Of a stretch of 64,000 nucleotides of DNA, positions 38,448 through 48,762 are shown piece by piece (positions within the stretch are counted from its first letter, which is position 1; each line of letters opens with the position of its first letter). The stretch lies in the sequence record DRR378314_1513; one strand, given 5' to 3'. The notes below the pieces were generated by a model, which made no database searches, was not told the DNA's origin, and was given only the letters and a program-made list of their open reading frames with translations. The translations under genes and the position numbers were made by a program.

Positions 38448-40070
38448 TCAGTCGACGTTCTCGAACTGGTTCATCGTGTTGTGGACACCGCCCGCCTTCA
38501 GCGCGCGTTCGCCGGCAACCATCTCCTTGAACGTATCGCCAAGGTCTGAGCCCACTTCGTGCTGGTGCTTCACGGCAGACACACCATTGCGGATTTCGCG
38601 GCGCTGGATGGTCTGCACATAGGCGGCCATCTTGTTCTCGCCGAAGTACCCTTTCGACAATTCGTCCATGGCGAAGGCCGTCATGTGGAAGGTTGGCAGC
38701 GTGATCAGGTTGTGGAACACGCCAGCGCGTTCGCTGATGTCATATTGGAAACGTTGCAGGCGTGCGTCAGCTTCCTTGCCGAGATCGGTATCGTCAAAGC
38801 GGGCCGACATGAGTTCCGCCTCCGGATATTCATTCTCGGAGATCTTGCCAGCCGCGATCCAGTCTGCCCGGACCTGCTTGCGCAGATTGAGGGTCCAGTT
38901 GAAGCTTGGGCTGTTGTTATAGGTCAGCTTCGCATCTGGCACGACTTCCTTGATACGGTTCACCATGCCCGCGATGATGTCGACATTCGGCGTATCAGTT
39001 TCGATCCAGAGCAGGTCTGCGCCGCCAAGCGTAAGGTTGGCGATACAATCCTCGATCACGCGCTCGGTGCCCGTTCCTTCGCGGAAGCGATAGAGGCCGT
39101 TTGGCAGACGGACTGGCTTGACCAGCTTACCATCTTTCTGCAGCGCCATCTCGCCATCCTGAAGCGGATTGGAGTCGGAGATCTCTTCGGTTTCAAGCCA
39201 TTTGATGTATTCCGAAGCCAGGTCACCCGGCCCCTGAGATACCGGAACCTTCTGGGTCAGGCCGGCGCCGAGGCTGTCTGTACGCGCGACGATCACACCA
39301 TCGTCTACACCCAGCTCCTCAAATGCCAGACGGCAGGCGCGCAGCTTCTCGATAAAGTCTTCGCGGGGAACTGTGACCTTGCCATCCTGGTGGCCACACT
39401 GCTTCGCGTCAGAGACCTGGTTCTCGATCTGGAGGCAGCACGCGCCAGCCTTGATCAGCTCCTTGGCCAGCAGATACGTCGCATGCTCGTTGCCAAAGCC
39501 AGCATCGATGTCAGCAATGATCGGAACCACATGGGTTTCGAACGTGTCGATCCGGTAAATGATCTCATCCAGGACATCCTGGCTTGCACCCGCTTCCCGG
39601 GCGGCGGCCAGTTCGCGGAACAAATCGTTCAGAGCAACTTCGTCGGCCTGACGGAGAGAGACATAAATCTCTTCGATAAGCTCTGCGACAGCCGTCTTCT
39701 CGTGCATGGACTGATCCGGCAGATGACCCCAGGTGTTACGCAGGCCAGCGACCATCCAGCCGGACAGGTACACATAGGTGCCCTTCGCCGTGCCGCGCAT
39801 ACGCTTGACAGACTTGATCATCTGTTGCGCGTGGAAGCCGGACCAGCAGCCCAGAGACTGGGTGAATTTCGAGTGGTCGGCATCATAGGCCGCCATGTCA
39901 GCTCTCATCACGCCGGCCATTTCGCGGGCAATGTCGAGATGCGTGGAGTATGTGTTCTGGATTTTCAGCTGGACGATGTCGTCTACGCTGATCCCGGCGC
40001 GCGTCACGCCGTCGGGATAACGCTTGAGCGCCTCGGCGCGCAGTTCAGAGTAAGTTGGGCGGTTGGACAT
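38448..40070 (-). CDS. aceA: Isocitrate lyase (long, Pseudomonas-type)
   Basis: TQSLGCW-GF, YLSGWMVA, LPDQSMHEKT, IIADIDAGFGN, ENQVSDAKQCGHQDGK, ADLLWIET, YNNSPSFNW. Confidence 0.95.
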   Translation of the reverse strand: MSNRPTYSELRAEALKRYPDGVTRAGISVDDIVQLKIQNTYSTHLDIAREMAGVMRADMAAYDADHSKFTQSLGCWSGFHAQQMIKSVKRMRGTAKGTYVYLSGWMVAGLRNTWGHLPDQSMHEKTAVAELIEEIYVSLRQADEVALNDLFRELAAAREAGASQDVLDEIIYRIDTFETHVVPIIADIDAGFGNEHATYLLAKELIKAGACCLQIENQVSDAKQCGHQDGKVTVPREDFIEKLRACRLAFEELGVDDGVIVARTDSLGAGLTQKVPVSQGPGDLASEYIKWLETEEISDSNPLQDGEMALQKDGKLVKPVRLPNGLYRFREGTGTERVIEDCIANLTLGGADLLWIETDTPNVDIIAGMVNRIKEVVPDAKLTYNNSPSFNWTLNLRKQVRADWIAAGKISENEYPEAELMSARFDDTDLGKEADARLQRFQYDISERAGVFHNLITLPTFHMTAFAMDELSKGYFGENKMAAYVQTIQRREIRNGVSAVKHQHEVGSDLGDTFKEMVAGERALKAGGVHNTMNQFENVD

Positions 40071-40110
40071 GGTTTTGTCTCCTTGAAACTTGGTGAAGTC
40101 AGTGTGGGGA

Positions 40111-41748
40111 TCAGGCGAGCTTTCGCAGCGCCTCGTAAGCGGGGGTTGTCAGGAAGTCTGGCAGGTCTTTGCCGGTTGCCGTTTCGGTGAAGATGTTTGC
40201 GGCAAGCTCGTAGCGGCCCTGTTCATAGGCATCTGCGCCGATGGCTTCACGGATCTTGGCGAGTTCCTCGCCGAGAATTTCAATGAACCAGTCCTGTGAG
40301 AACGAACGGGCTTCACCATTCTGCGCGATGATGCTGGCCTGATGATGCAACCACTGCCAGATCTGGCTGCGGGAGATCTCAGCTGTTGCGGCATCTTCCA
40401 TCAGATTGTGGATCGGCACAGCGCCGCGACCATTCAGCCAGGCGGCGGTGTATTCAATGCCGACGGAAATATTGGTGCGCACACCCGCCTCGGTGATGTC
40501 CCCGGTGTGCGGACGCAGAAGGTCGTCCCGACGGATCGGCGGGAAAGTCCGCTGGCTGCGTACTTGATTGCAGGCCGGCATGTGCTCGTTGAAGACTTCC
40601 ATCGCCACAGGCACGAGCGCAGGGTGAGCCACCCAAGTGCCATCATGACCCGCCTTCACTTCGCGCAGCTTGTCGGCGCGCACCTTTTCAAAGGCCGCCG
40701 TGTTTGCCGCCTCGTCATTCTTGACCGGAATCTGCGCCGCCATGCCGCCCATCGCATGGGCGCGGCGATTGTGGCACGTCTTGATCAGCAGCAAGGAATA
40801 AGCATTCAGGAATGCGCGGTCCATGCCGACCTGCGCACGGTCTGGCAGCACGTAGGCTGCGTTCTTCCGAAGCGTCTTGATGTAGGAGAAGATATAGTCC
40901 CACCGGCCACAATTGAGGCCGGCAATGTGGCGGCGGAGTTCGTAAAGGATTTCATCCATCTCGAATGCAGCCGGAAGCGTTTCGATCAGGACGGTTGCCT
41001 TGATGGAGCCTACTGGAATTCCGAGCGTTTCCTGCGCGAACTCAAAGACCTCATCCCACAGGCGCGCCTCCAGATGGCTCTCCATCTTCGGCAAGTAGTA
41101 GAAAGGCCCAAGGCCCGAGGCGTGCAGTTTCGCGCCATTGTGGAAGATGTGCAGTCCGAAATCGAACAGGCTGGCGGAGATGGGTTGGCCGTCAATGAGG
41201 AGGTGCGCCTCTTCCATGTGCCATCCGCGAGGGCGCACGATCATCACAGCGGTCTCTTCGCCGAGCGCATAGGATTTGCCAGACTTCGGGTCCGTGTAAT
41301 CCAGGCTGCCATTGGCATAATCCTGCATGTTCACCTGACCGTCGATCATGTTCCCGAAGGTCGGTGACGACGCATCCTCGAAGTCAGCCATGAACATCTT
41401 GGCGCCAGAGTTCAGCGCGTTGATCATCATCTTGCGATCAACAGGGCCCGTGATTTCCGCGCGGCGATCCTGGAGAACCGCCGGGATCGGGGCAACTTCC
41501 CAGACACCATCGCGGATTGATTTCGTTTCAGGCAGGAAATCCGGCAGCTCCCCGGCATCGAACCGCGCCTGACGTGCGCGGCGCGCAGCGAGAAGCTCAC
41601 GACGCCGGGAACCGAAACGGCGCTCAAGGCGAACCAGAAAGTCGAGCGCACCCTCGGTCAGCACCCGGTCTACGCCCTCTACCCGCTTCAGAACTTCAAT
41701 ATGGTCAGCCTCTTTGGGGGCCCGCTCCAACGCTTCGACAAAAGTCAT
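40111..41748 (-). CDS. aceB: Malate synthase A
   Basis: DRRAEITGP, NALNSGA--FMADFED, VRPRGWH, YLPKMESHLEARLW, GLNCGRWDYIFS, GHDGTWVAHP, LMEDAATAEISRSQ. Confidence 0.96.
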   Translation of the reverse strand: MTFVEALERAPKEADHIEVLKRVEGVDRVLTEGALDFLVRLERRFGSRRRELLAARRARQARFDAGELPDFLPETKSIRDGVWEVAPIPAVLQDRRAEITGPVDRKMMINALNSGAKMFMADFEDASSPTFGNMIDGQVNMQDYANGSLDYTDPKSGKSYALGEETAVMIVRPRGWHMEEAHLLIDGQPISASLFDFGLHIFHNGAKLHASGLGPFYYLPKMESHLEARLWDEVFEFAQETLGIPVGSIKATVLIETLPAAFEMDEILYELRRHIAGLNCGRWDYIFSYIKTLRKNAAYVLPDRAQVGMDRAFLNAYSLLLIKTCHNRRAHAMGGMAAQIPVKNDEAANTAAFEKVRADKLREVKAGHDGTWVAHPALVPVAMEVFNEHMPACNQVRSQRTFPPIRRDDLLRPHTGDITEAGVRTNISVGIEYTAAWLNGRGAVPIHNLMEDAATAEISRSQIWQWLHHQASIIAQNGEARSFSQDWFIEILGEELAKIREAIGADAYEQGRYELAANIFTETATGKDLPDFLTTPAYEALRKLA

Positions 41749-41840
41749 AATGTGCCTCATCAATCAAACTCGAATTGACACAACACTATTTACACTTCTT
41801 CCGAATATCGAGTATGCAATTGTTTCTATTGGGTTTTTAT

Positions 41841-41887
41841 GTTTACGATGTAAGGTAAACCCAACGGTAATTGTAAAGTTTGTAAAT
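41841..41887. promoter_or_regulatory. Candidate RamB/ScfR operator region
   Basis: GTTTAC-N8-GTAAAC inverted repeat and tandem TTGTAAA repeats in the AT-rich divergent promoter. Confidence 0.5.
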
Positions 41888-41901
41888 CTTCAGGGTATTT
41901 G

Positions 41902-43341
41902 ATGAGCCAGCGAAAAGAGAAACTCCTCATTGGCGCGAAGCTTCGACGGCTTCGACGCACGCTTGGACTGACGCAGGCCCAAATGGCCGAAGACCTCCAT
42001 GTCTCAGCCAGCTACATCAATCTGATCGAGAGCAATCAGCGCCCCGTGAGCGCGAAACTGCTCGTGTCCCTCGCACAAATCTACGATTTCGATCTGAGCG
42101 ATGTTGGCGGCGCAAGCGACGCTCGACTGGCCTCCGAACTCATGGAAGCGCTTCGCGACCCCGTTTTTGAAGCCGGACCAATTGGCAAGAATGATGTCGA
42201 AGATGTCGTCAACGCCAATCCGGACATCGCGAAGGCCTTCCTCCGTCTCTATTCGCGCCATCAAGAGATGAATATCCGGCTCTATTCGGACGCCAACCCA
42301 ATGGCAGACCGGGAAAAGGTGGAAGTGCTGGAACAGACAGATCGGAGCGTGGATTCCGTCCGCGAATATTTCCACGAAAACCGGAACTACTTCCCCGAAA
42401 TCGACGAAGCGGCGGAAGCGCTCTCAGCCGAATTGTTTCTGACCACGGATGAACCCCATACTACCCTGACAGACCGCCTGAAGAAGCAACACAATTACCA
42501 GGTCCGGATTGTCCCGGCTCATGTCATGCCAGACAGGCTACGCTATTTTGATCGGCACCATCGCAGGATCGATCTGTCAGAACTGCTCCACCAATCCGGA
42601 CGACGCTTTCAGCTGGCCGTCCAGATCGCCATGCTGGAATATGCCCCCCTTATTGAAGCGCATGTCGAGAAAGCCAAATTCCCGGATCGCAGCGCGCGAA
42701 ACCTGGCCAGCGTCAGCCTGGCAAATTACTTCGCCGCCGCGTTGCTGATGCCGTATGCGCGCTTCCTCCGTGAATGCGAAACAACGAAATATGACATTGA
42801 GCTGCTCAGCCATCGGTTCGGCGCAAGCTTTGAACAAGTCGCCCACCGCCTCACCACGCTTCAGAAACCGGATGCACGCGGCATCCCCTTCTTCTTCGTC
42901 CGAATGGACAGCGCCGGCAATGTGTCCAAGCGTTTCAGCGCGGGGCGGTTTCATTTTTCGAAATTCGGTGGCGCCTGCCCGCTCTGGAATATCCATGATT
43001 GCTTTGCGACGCCTGACCAGGTTCGCTCCCAAATCATTCAGATGCCGGACAATACGACCTATTTCTCAATCGCCCGCACGATGTCACGGTCGGAAGGCGC
43101 CTTTGACCGGCCGCCAACCAAGTACGCCATCGGCCTTGGGTGTGACATCGCCTACGCCCCCCGCCTGATATATGCGCAGACACTCAATCTGCCCGCCATG
43201 CAGGCGACGCCCATTGGAGTGAATTGCTATATGTGCGACCGGAACAATTGCCCATCCAGGGCCCACGCTCCGCTAAACAAGAAACTTGTCTTCGATACAA
43301 GATCGCGCGGTATCTCTGTCTTCAGCTTCGAGCACGACTAG
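41902..43341 (+). CDS. ramB: Short-chain fatty acyl-CoA regulator (RamB/ScfR family, XRE HTH)
   Basis: GAKLRRLR-LGLTQ, SASYINLIE-NQRP, NYFAAALLMPY, SFEQVAHRLTTLQ, GGACPLW, C--C-R--C--RA. Divergent from aceBA. Confidence 0.9.
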   Translation: MSQRKEKLLIGAKLRRLRRTLGLTQAQMAEDLHVSASYINLIESNQRPVSAKLLVSLAQIYDFDLSDVGGASDARLASELMEALRDPVFEAGPIGKNDVEDVVNANPDIAKAFLRLYSRHQEMNIRLYSDANPMADREKVEVLEQTDRSVDSVREYFHENRNYFPEIDEAAEALSAELFLTTDEPHTTLTDRLKKQHNYQVRIVPAHVMPDRLRYFDRHHRRIDLSELLHQSGRRFQLAVQIAMLEYAPLIEAHVEKAKFPDRSARNLASVSLANYFAAALLMPYARFLRECETTKYDIELLSHRFGASFEQVAHRLTTLQKPDARGIPFFFVRMDSAGNVSKRFSAGRFHFSKFGGACPLWNIHDCFATPDQVRSQIIQMPDNTTYFSIARTMSRSEGAFDRPPTKYAIGLGCDIAYAPRLIYAQTLNLPAMQATPIGVNCYMCDRNNCPSRAHAPLNKKLVFDTRSRGISVFSFEHD

Positions 43342-43360
43342 CGGACCACAATCGCATTCC

Positions 43361-44197
43361 CTAGGAAACGGGTTTGTCACCCGCGATCGTGACCCGGAAA
43401 CCGGATCTGACTTCCGGGAAATAGTCCCAAACCGCCAGGTGCTGGACGGCACGGTTGTCCCAAAAGGCGATGGAGTGCGGTTTCCATCGAAACCGTATCT
43501 GAAAGTTCGGATTCTTCACGTGGTCGAACAGGAAGTTTAGAACCGCCTTGCTCTCCTCATCCGACAATCCCTCAATATGGGTCGTGTAGGACGAATTGAC
43601 GAAGATACATTTCTTTCCGGTCACCGGATGCCTGCGAATGACCGGATGGGTCGCAACCGGATACCGTTTATCATAATCCTTGAACAGAGCATGATAAACC
43701 GGATTGGCGTCATGCACCGCCTCCAATCCTTCGAGATATGTTTTCATCCGTTCAGACAAGGCGTCATAGGCTTTGTACATGCTGGAAAACATCGTATCCC
43801 CGCCCGTTTCCGGAACGGTGTGAAGATAAAGGATACTGCCAAGCGGAGGTTCTTCGTCTGCACTCAAATCCGAATGCCAGCTCTCTCCGGCAACATATTT
43901 TGAGTCCGCATCGGCATGAATGGCCACAATCTCAGGATGCCCGTCAATGCCAGCCACCGCCGAATGGATCGCGAGAGGCCCAAACAATCGCCCCAGATCC
44001 TTGTGCGCGTCATGACTGATTTCCTGATCGCGAAAGAAGATAACCTGGAACCTGGCCAGCGCATCTCGCAATTCGTCTGCCTGGCTGGGTGAGAGGGGCC
44101 GGGTCAGATCAATACCATCCAACTCGGCCCCCATATAGGGCGTGACTCGATTTGCGGTGAAATGCTGGTACGTCTTGTCGCCGTCAAATTCGGACAC
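43361..44197 (-). CDS. TauD-family Fe(II)/2-oxoglutarate dioxygenase
   Basis: GAELDGIDL, VIFFRDQ, WHSD, GGDTMF, HPVIRRHPVTG, FWDNRAVQH, R-TI-GDKP. Confidence 0.92.
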   Translation of the reverse strand: MSEFDGDKTYQHFTANRVTPYMGAELDGIDLTRPLSPSQADELRDALARFQVIFFRDQEISHDAHKDLGRLFGPLAIHSAVAGIDGHPEIVAIHADADSKYVAGESWHSDLSADEEPPLGSILYLHTVPETGGDTMFSSMYKAYDALSERMKTYLEGLEAVHDANPVYHALFKDYDKRYPVATHPVIRRHPVTGKKCIFVNSSYTTHIEGLSDEESKAVLNFLFDHVKNPNFQIRFRWKPHSIAFWDNRAVQHLAVWDYFPEVRSGFRVTIAGDKPVS

Positions 44198-44233
44198 GTC
44201 TATTTCCTTCTAATAGTTTGGCTTCGCTTCAGA

Positions 44234-46531
44234 TCAGAACTCAAATCCGAATGTGACGAGCAATTGCCGCGGAGGGACATACTCATTGCTCACAGTTCCG
44301 CTTGAGTAAGGGTCCACGAACCGGCCCGAGATACCCTCTTCATCGCCGATATTCGTGATCGAAGCCGACACGAACCACGGCACTTCGTTCGGCTGATACT
44401 GTAAGTACGCATTCCAGAGGCTGTATGACGGCACATCATCCGCGCCAGCCGTGTTGAAAATGCGCGCCTCATACTCTCCAACATATACATTCTCGATGCG
44501 AGACGTCAGCTCACCATGATCACCAATTGGCTGGAACCAGGCCGCATACAGATTGTATGTCAGGTCAGCGAGATTTGGCGGGGTGTTGCCCTCGACCTGC
44601 ACGCCTGCAGACTGACGCGCGAGAAACCAGTCATAAGACCAGGGATATGTAGCGCCTGAATTCACCGCTTCATCTCCGGCGAGGTCAGCAAGGCGGCGAT
44701 CCAGCGCCACATAGTCAGCGGTGACCTCCCCGTCCAGCATGGCCATATTGCCGCCAAGCATAAGCTGGTCGTTGAAGGTCAGATAGCTGCCTTCCAGCTC
44801 GATACCATATGTTTCAGCTTCAGGAATGTTGCCAATGCCCCCGGCATAGGGAATCGGATCCTCTTCGATGAACTGCATGTTTTCATACTGATTGAAAAAG
44901 ACCGAGGCGTTGAGCGTTGCGCGGCCATCAAGGAACGTGTTCTTGGAGCCGAACTCGATCGCCTCCACAGTCTCCTCATCATATGTCGAAGAGACAACAA
45001 GTGCGCCTGACGTTCCGCCATTCAGTCCGCCCGGCTTGTAGCCGCGTGACCAGCTCGCATACACCATCGAGTCTTCGGATATATCGTAGTCAAGCCCGAC
45101 TTTCCCGGTCCATGTCTGTGTTGCAAACGAACTGGCGGTCGGCGTTGAATAGTACGAAGCGCCCTCGCCGTCATACTTGTCGTCATTGTAACGCGCGCCG
45201 ACTGTTGCGCTCAGGTTTTCCATCAGCGGGATTGTCGCCTGGAAGAACGGAGCAACCGACTCACGATTGACGGTCGAAATGTTTTCATAGGCCAGGTTCG
45301 AAGGAATTTCCGCCGGAGTGGTGTCACGAGGCAGAACGGGGAGGCCCGGAATGGAGGTGACGCCAAGCTCCCGATATTCGACCACATATTGAGCCGAGTC
45401 CGTGTTCGAATAGAATACGCCTGCAATCCAGTCGATCCCGGATTCCGGAAGTGAACTGATTGTCAGTTCTTCCATGAAGGTTTCGGCTTCTGTAGCCCAG
45501 GTCGCGACATGATCGTAGCCGCCATAGGTCGCCAGATCGAGGCGATCGGCGTCAAACGACTGGTCATGCGACATGTCCTGATAACTCGTCACAGACTTCA
45601 ACGTCGCGAAAGGAAGCTCGTACGACACGTTGAGCGTGGCAAGTTCCGACTTCAGCTTGAACTTTGCGGGAAAGTCCTGCGTGACTTCGCGAATATCAGG
45701 ATTGGGGTCCTCAATATTCTTCAGTGCTCCGCCATTATGCTTGTCATTGTATAGCGTATAGGAAAGCGTTGTGGACAGCTTGTCCGTTGGCTCCCACAAG
45801 GCGGCGAGGCGATAATGCTCATTGTCAGCGTCATCCAGCTCATAACCGCCATCAATGCTGGTGGCCGTCGCATAGCCATCATGAGACGTTTGCTGGATTG
45901 ACCCGCGGATCGCCGCTGTTTCACCAATCGGCACATTATAGGAGGCAAAACCCTGAACGTAGTTGTAATCGCCCAGAGTTGCCTTGAACGTGCCCTTCGA
46001 CTCTCCAAGCGTTGGCTGGTTCGTGATGACGTTGATCGACCCACCGGTTGAACTCTGTCCGAACACAGTGCCCTGCGGGCCGCGAAGGACTTCGATGCGG
46101 TCTACATCAAAGAACCCCATATTGAGCGCGATGGAATTTGGCAGGAACGCGCCGTCGACATGAAACGACACACCCGGAATTGTCGCGAAGTTCTCTGGAG
46201 TCTGCTGGCCTACACCGCGAATGGTGACGATGCGCTCAGACCCGCCACTTTTCGTGATCATGAGGCCGGGAACATACCCATTCAGCTGGCTCGGATCCGT
46301 GATGCCCGCCTGCTCCAGGATATCCCCGGTGATAGCGCTCAGCGCGATTGGCGCATCCTGAAGAGTGGTTTCCCGCTTCTCTCCGTACACTGTTATCTGG
46401 TTCATGTTGCGGATGTCATCTTCATCACCCGCCGCATCATCGGCAAATGCAACACCACCGTAAACCAGCGCAACACTCAGCGCCGCAACAGCAGCGCCAC
46501 ACTTCATAAAACTTCTTTTGTTCCGACCCAT
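44234..46531 (-). CDS. TonB-dependent receptor
   Basis: Signal peptide, ITVYGEKRETTLQDAPIA, RIEVLRGPQGTVFG, YASWSRGYKPGG, C-terminal Phe. Confidence 0.95.
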   Translation of the reverse strand: MGRNKRSFMKCGAAVAALSVALVYGGVAFADDAAGDEDDIRNMNQITVYGEKRETTLQDAPIALSAITGDILEQAGITDPSQLNGYVPGLMITKSGGSERIVTIRGVGQQTPENFATIPGVSFHVDGAFLPNSIALNMGFFDVDRIEVLRGPQGTVFGQSSTGGSINVITNQPTLGESKGTFKATLGDYNYVQGFASYNVPIGETAAIRGSIQQTSHDGYATATSIDGGYELDDADNEHYRLAALWEPTDKLSTTLSYTLYNDKHNGGALKNIEDPNPDIREVTQDFPAKFKLKSELATLNVSYELPFATLKSVTSYQDMSHDQSFDADRLDLATYGGYDHVATWATEAETFMEELTISSLPESGIDWIAGVFYSNTDSAQYVVEYRELGVTSIPGLPVLPRDTTPAEIPSNLAYENISTVNRESVAPFFQATIPLMENLSATVGARYNDDKYDGEGASYYSTPTASSFATQTWTGKVGLDYDISEDSMVYASWSRGYKPGGLNGGTSGALVVSSTYDEETVEAIEFGSKNTFLDGRATLNASVFFNQYENMQFIEEDPIPYAGGIGNIPEAETYGIELEGSYLTFNDQLMLGGNMAMLDGEVTADYVALDRRLADLAGDEAVNSGATYPWSYDWFLARQSAGVQVEGNTPPNLADLTYNLYAAWFQPIGDHGELTSRIENVYVGEYEARIFNTAGADDVPSYSLWNAYLQYQPNEVPWFVSASITNIGDEEGISGRFVDPYSSGTVSNEYVPPRQLLVTFGFEF

Positions 46532-46604
46532 GACATTACCCCTCAAGCTGCAGAAAATCACAAACTTTGCGATATCTCACGCTAGATTGGGGTTCTCGTC
46601 CTGA

Positions 46605-46641
46605 CTTGATTTGGAGCGCCAAAATAGTTGCAAAAGCTGAA
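46605..46641 (-). promoter_or_regulatory. Tandem 22-bp-period AraC-type site upstream of the TonB receptor
   Basis: CTTG-atttgga-GCGCC-aaaata-GTTG. Shared with six other upstream regions. Confidence 0.65.
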
Positions 46642-46719
46642 CCACCAGAAACACGAAACTTACTCTCCACACACACCAACAGGTTGTATTCGCAGCCACA
46701 GCGGACGCTTCACAAGGAC

Positions 46720-47979
46720 TTACGCTTTGAGAGCATCGGCGGAACCAGTCTCCTGTGTCGTGCCTGTGAGTTCAAGCTTTGACAATCCCGGGTCCCTCAA
46801 TACCTGGATAAACAATGCCAAAAGACCCAGCGCAATTGCGAACACGAAGAAAACTGGCGCGAATGAGCCGACCTTGTCAGCGGCCAGTCCAGCTGCCAAG
46901 GGACCAAAGGCGGCAACCGAGGAAATCTGGTGCGACACGCCCAGCAATTGGGCACCCAGTACCCTGCCGAAACGCTCAATGAGCACGACCATTGTCGCGA
47001 CAACAGTGATCCCCCACCCCGCGCCAAACAGCAAGGAAGACACCACAACGATGGCCGGGCTCATGGCGATCGCAAACAGCACAATCCCTACAGCTTGCAA
47101 CGCCATGCTCACGGCCAGCAAGTGTTTCGACGAAAACCGCTCACAAAGTGGTCCAGCCAGGCCTTTGAATGCCAAGGATACAAATGCCATGAAGCTGAGG
47201 CCAAGTGCCCCAACGGAAGGCGATAGCCCAATCAACTTCAAATGACTGACAGCCATTGAGTGGACGGTCGTGACGCATGCGAGGTTGAAGGTTACCGCCG
47301 CCGCAATGACCAGAAAGAGCGGACGAAACACTGCCGTTTTCCAGTTCTCGGAACTTCTCGCAGCCGAGCCCTCCAGCGCGTCCTCATTGGCCTCCCGTTC
47401 CCGATACGACGTCTTGTCCTTTGGAATGGCCAGCGCGCCAAGGATTACCAGCATGCCACAAACCCCGGCCAGAATGGTCCAGTTTGCACGCCAACTCGTC
47501 CACTCGACCACGTAGTAACTCAAGCCTGGGCCCACGATATCGCCAATGCCGCCAAGCATGAGATACAGGCCGATCATCCGGGCCGTTCGGATCGGGAACC
47601 ATTCTCCGATCAACCACACCGCCGTGACATTTCCGGCAAGGGAGAATCCCGCTCCGACAAAGCACATGGCCGCAAAAAAGGTCATCAGCGCTTCGCTCGC
47701 GCTCGCCAGACCAAACCCGGCACCGACCAGGACGAAGCCGAGTGCAAATGTCTGTCGTGCACCAATACGCGGAAGCAGAAAGGCCGGCAGAAACCCTGTC
47801 AGCCCGACGGCGAGCCCAAGCACGGTGAAACCCAATCCGGCGGACGTGTAGCTCCACCCCAGATCGTCCGCCATAACAAACAGGACGACGCCGAGTGATG
47901 CAAATGTGCTGGCATTGAGTACGAAGAAGCCGCCGACCAGAATGGCAAAGACCAACCACTTTCGAAACATGCTCGCCAT
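46720..47979 (-). CDS. MFS transporter
   Basis: 12 hydrophobic segments, LPRIGAR, IGEWFP, GPLCERFSSK, ERFG. Start uncertain (47979 or 47970). Confidence 0.88.
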   Translation of the reverse strand: MASMFRKWLVFAILVGGFFVLNASTFASLGVVLFVMADDLGWSYTSAGLGFTVLGLAVGLTGFLPAFLLPRIGARQTFALGFVLVGAGFGLASASEALMTFFAAMCFVGAGFSLAGNVTAVWLIGEWFPIRTARMIGLYLMLGGIGDIVGPGLSYYVVEWTSWRANWTILAGVCGMLVILGALAIPKDKTSYREREANEDALEGSAARSSENWKTAVFRPLFLVIAAAVTFNLACVTTVHSMAVSHLKLIGLSPSVGALGLSFMAFVSLAFKGLAGPLCERFSSKHLLAVSMALQAVGIVLFAIAMSPAIVVVSSLLFGAGWGITVVATMVVLIERFGRVLGAQLLGVSHQISSVAAFGPLAAGLAADKVGSFAPVFFVFAIALGLLALFIQVLRDPGLSKLELTGTTQETGSADALKA

Positions 47980-48032
47980 CCTGTCAATGTGAGGGACCAA
48001 GCATCAAAGGTCTCACATCGGGGGCGATCAAT

Positions 48033-48071
48033 ATTGTCGCTGTGCGCACTCCGAGTTTGTATTTGCGCCCA
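48033..48071 (-). promoter_or_regulatory. Tandem AraC-type site upstream of the MFS
   Basis: ATTG-tcgctgt-GCGCA-ctccgag-TTTG-tattt-GCGCC. Confidence 0.5.
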
Positions 48072-48099
48072 GTCGGAGCGGTCGTGCTCCGATTTCGTG

Positions 48100-48762
48100 T
48101 TACCCTTCCAGGGTGTCCAGGACTGTCTGCGTGTCAGCCAGCAAAGCGCAATTCTTCTCCAATGCCATGAGCGCACCGACATGAAGTATCTCTTCATAAG
48201 CCGCGCACGCATCAGAAACGACGACGACGTTGAAATTGTGATGAAAGGCAGACCGAGCGGTCTGGTCGACACAGCAATCCGTCGTCACGCCCGCCATCAA
48301 CACAGTATCAATGCCGCGCGCCTTCAATTCCGCGTCGAGTTCCGTGTCATGAAACCCATCGAACAGAACCTTCGCTATATCGAGATCACCATCCTCCGGG
48401 ACAAGCTGATAATAGTCTGACCCCGCCTCATCCGCACGGCATATCGCGTGCTGGCCCGGCTTGCCGCGCCAAGCATAGAGGTTCTTCAAGGCGTCCGTGT
48501 CTGTTTCATCCCGGGTCACGACCTTCAGGAAGCAGATGGTTCCGCCTTTTTGCTTGAGCACCTCACGAAGACGAGCCATCTGGGCCATTGCGGTGTGCGC
48601 TGGGCGAAGATCCACGCCCGCCTGCCCGATCACGCCATCCGGCGAAACGAAATCCACCTGAACATCGACCAGGACCAAAGCGGTACGTGCAGGATCAAGT
48701 ATCTCGCTGAGCAACTCGGACCCGGCATGCGGCAAGTCAGATACAGACGGCAAAGCTGTCAT
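48100..48762 (-). CDS. Isochorismatase-family cysteine hydrolase (RutB-like)
   Basis: TALVLVDVQVDF, IAKVLFDGF, AGVTTDCCVDQTAR. Abuts the RutA-like gene. Confidence 0.85.
   Translation of the reverse strand: MTALPSVSDLPHAGSELLSEILDPARTALVLVDVQVDFVSPDGVIGQAGVDLRPAHTAMAQMARLREVLKQKGGTICFLKVVTRDETDTDALKNLYAWRGKPGQHAICRADEAGSDYYQLVPEDGDLDIAKVLFDGFHDTELDAELKARGIDTVLMAGVTTDCCVDQTARSAFHHNFNVVVVSDACAAYEEILHVGALMALEKNCALLADTQTVLDTLEG

Noticed and set aside
38559-40190. 543-aa + strand ORF antisense to aceA
   Set aside because: Shadow frame of a strongly codon-biased gene. It has no recognisable motifs, and aceA is unambiguous.
40342-41367. 341-aa ORF antisense to aceB
   Set aside because: Antisense shadow ORF typical of GC-rich genes.
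43361-44197. Taurine utilisation (tauD)
   Set aside because: No tauABC or ssu genes nearby. The substrate cannot be assigned from family motifs.
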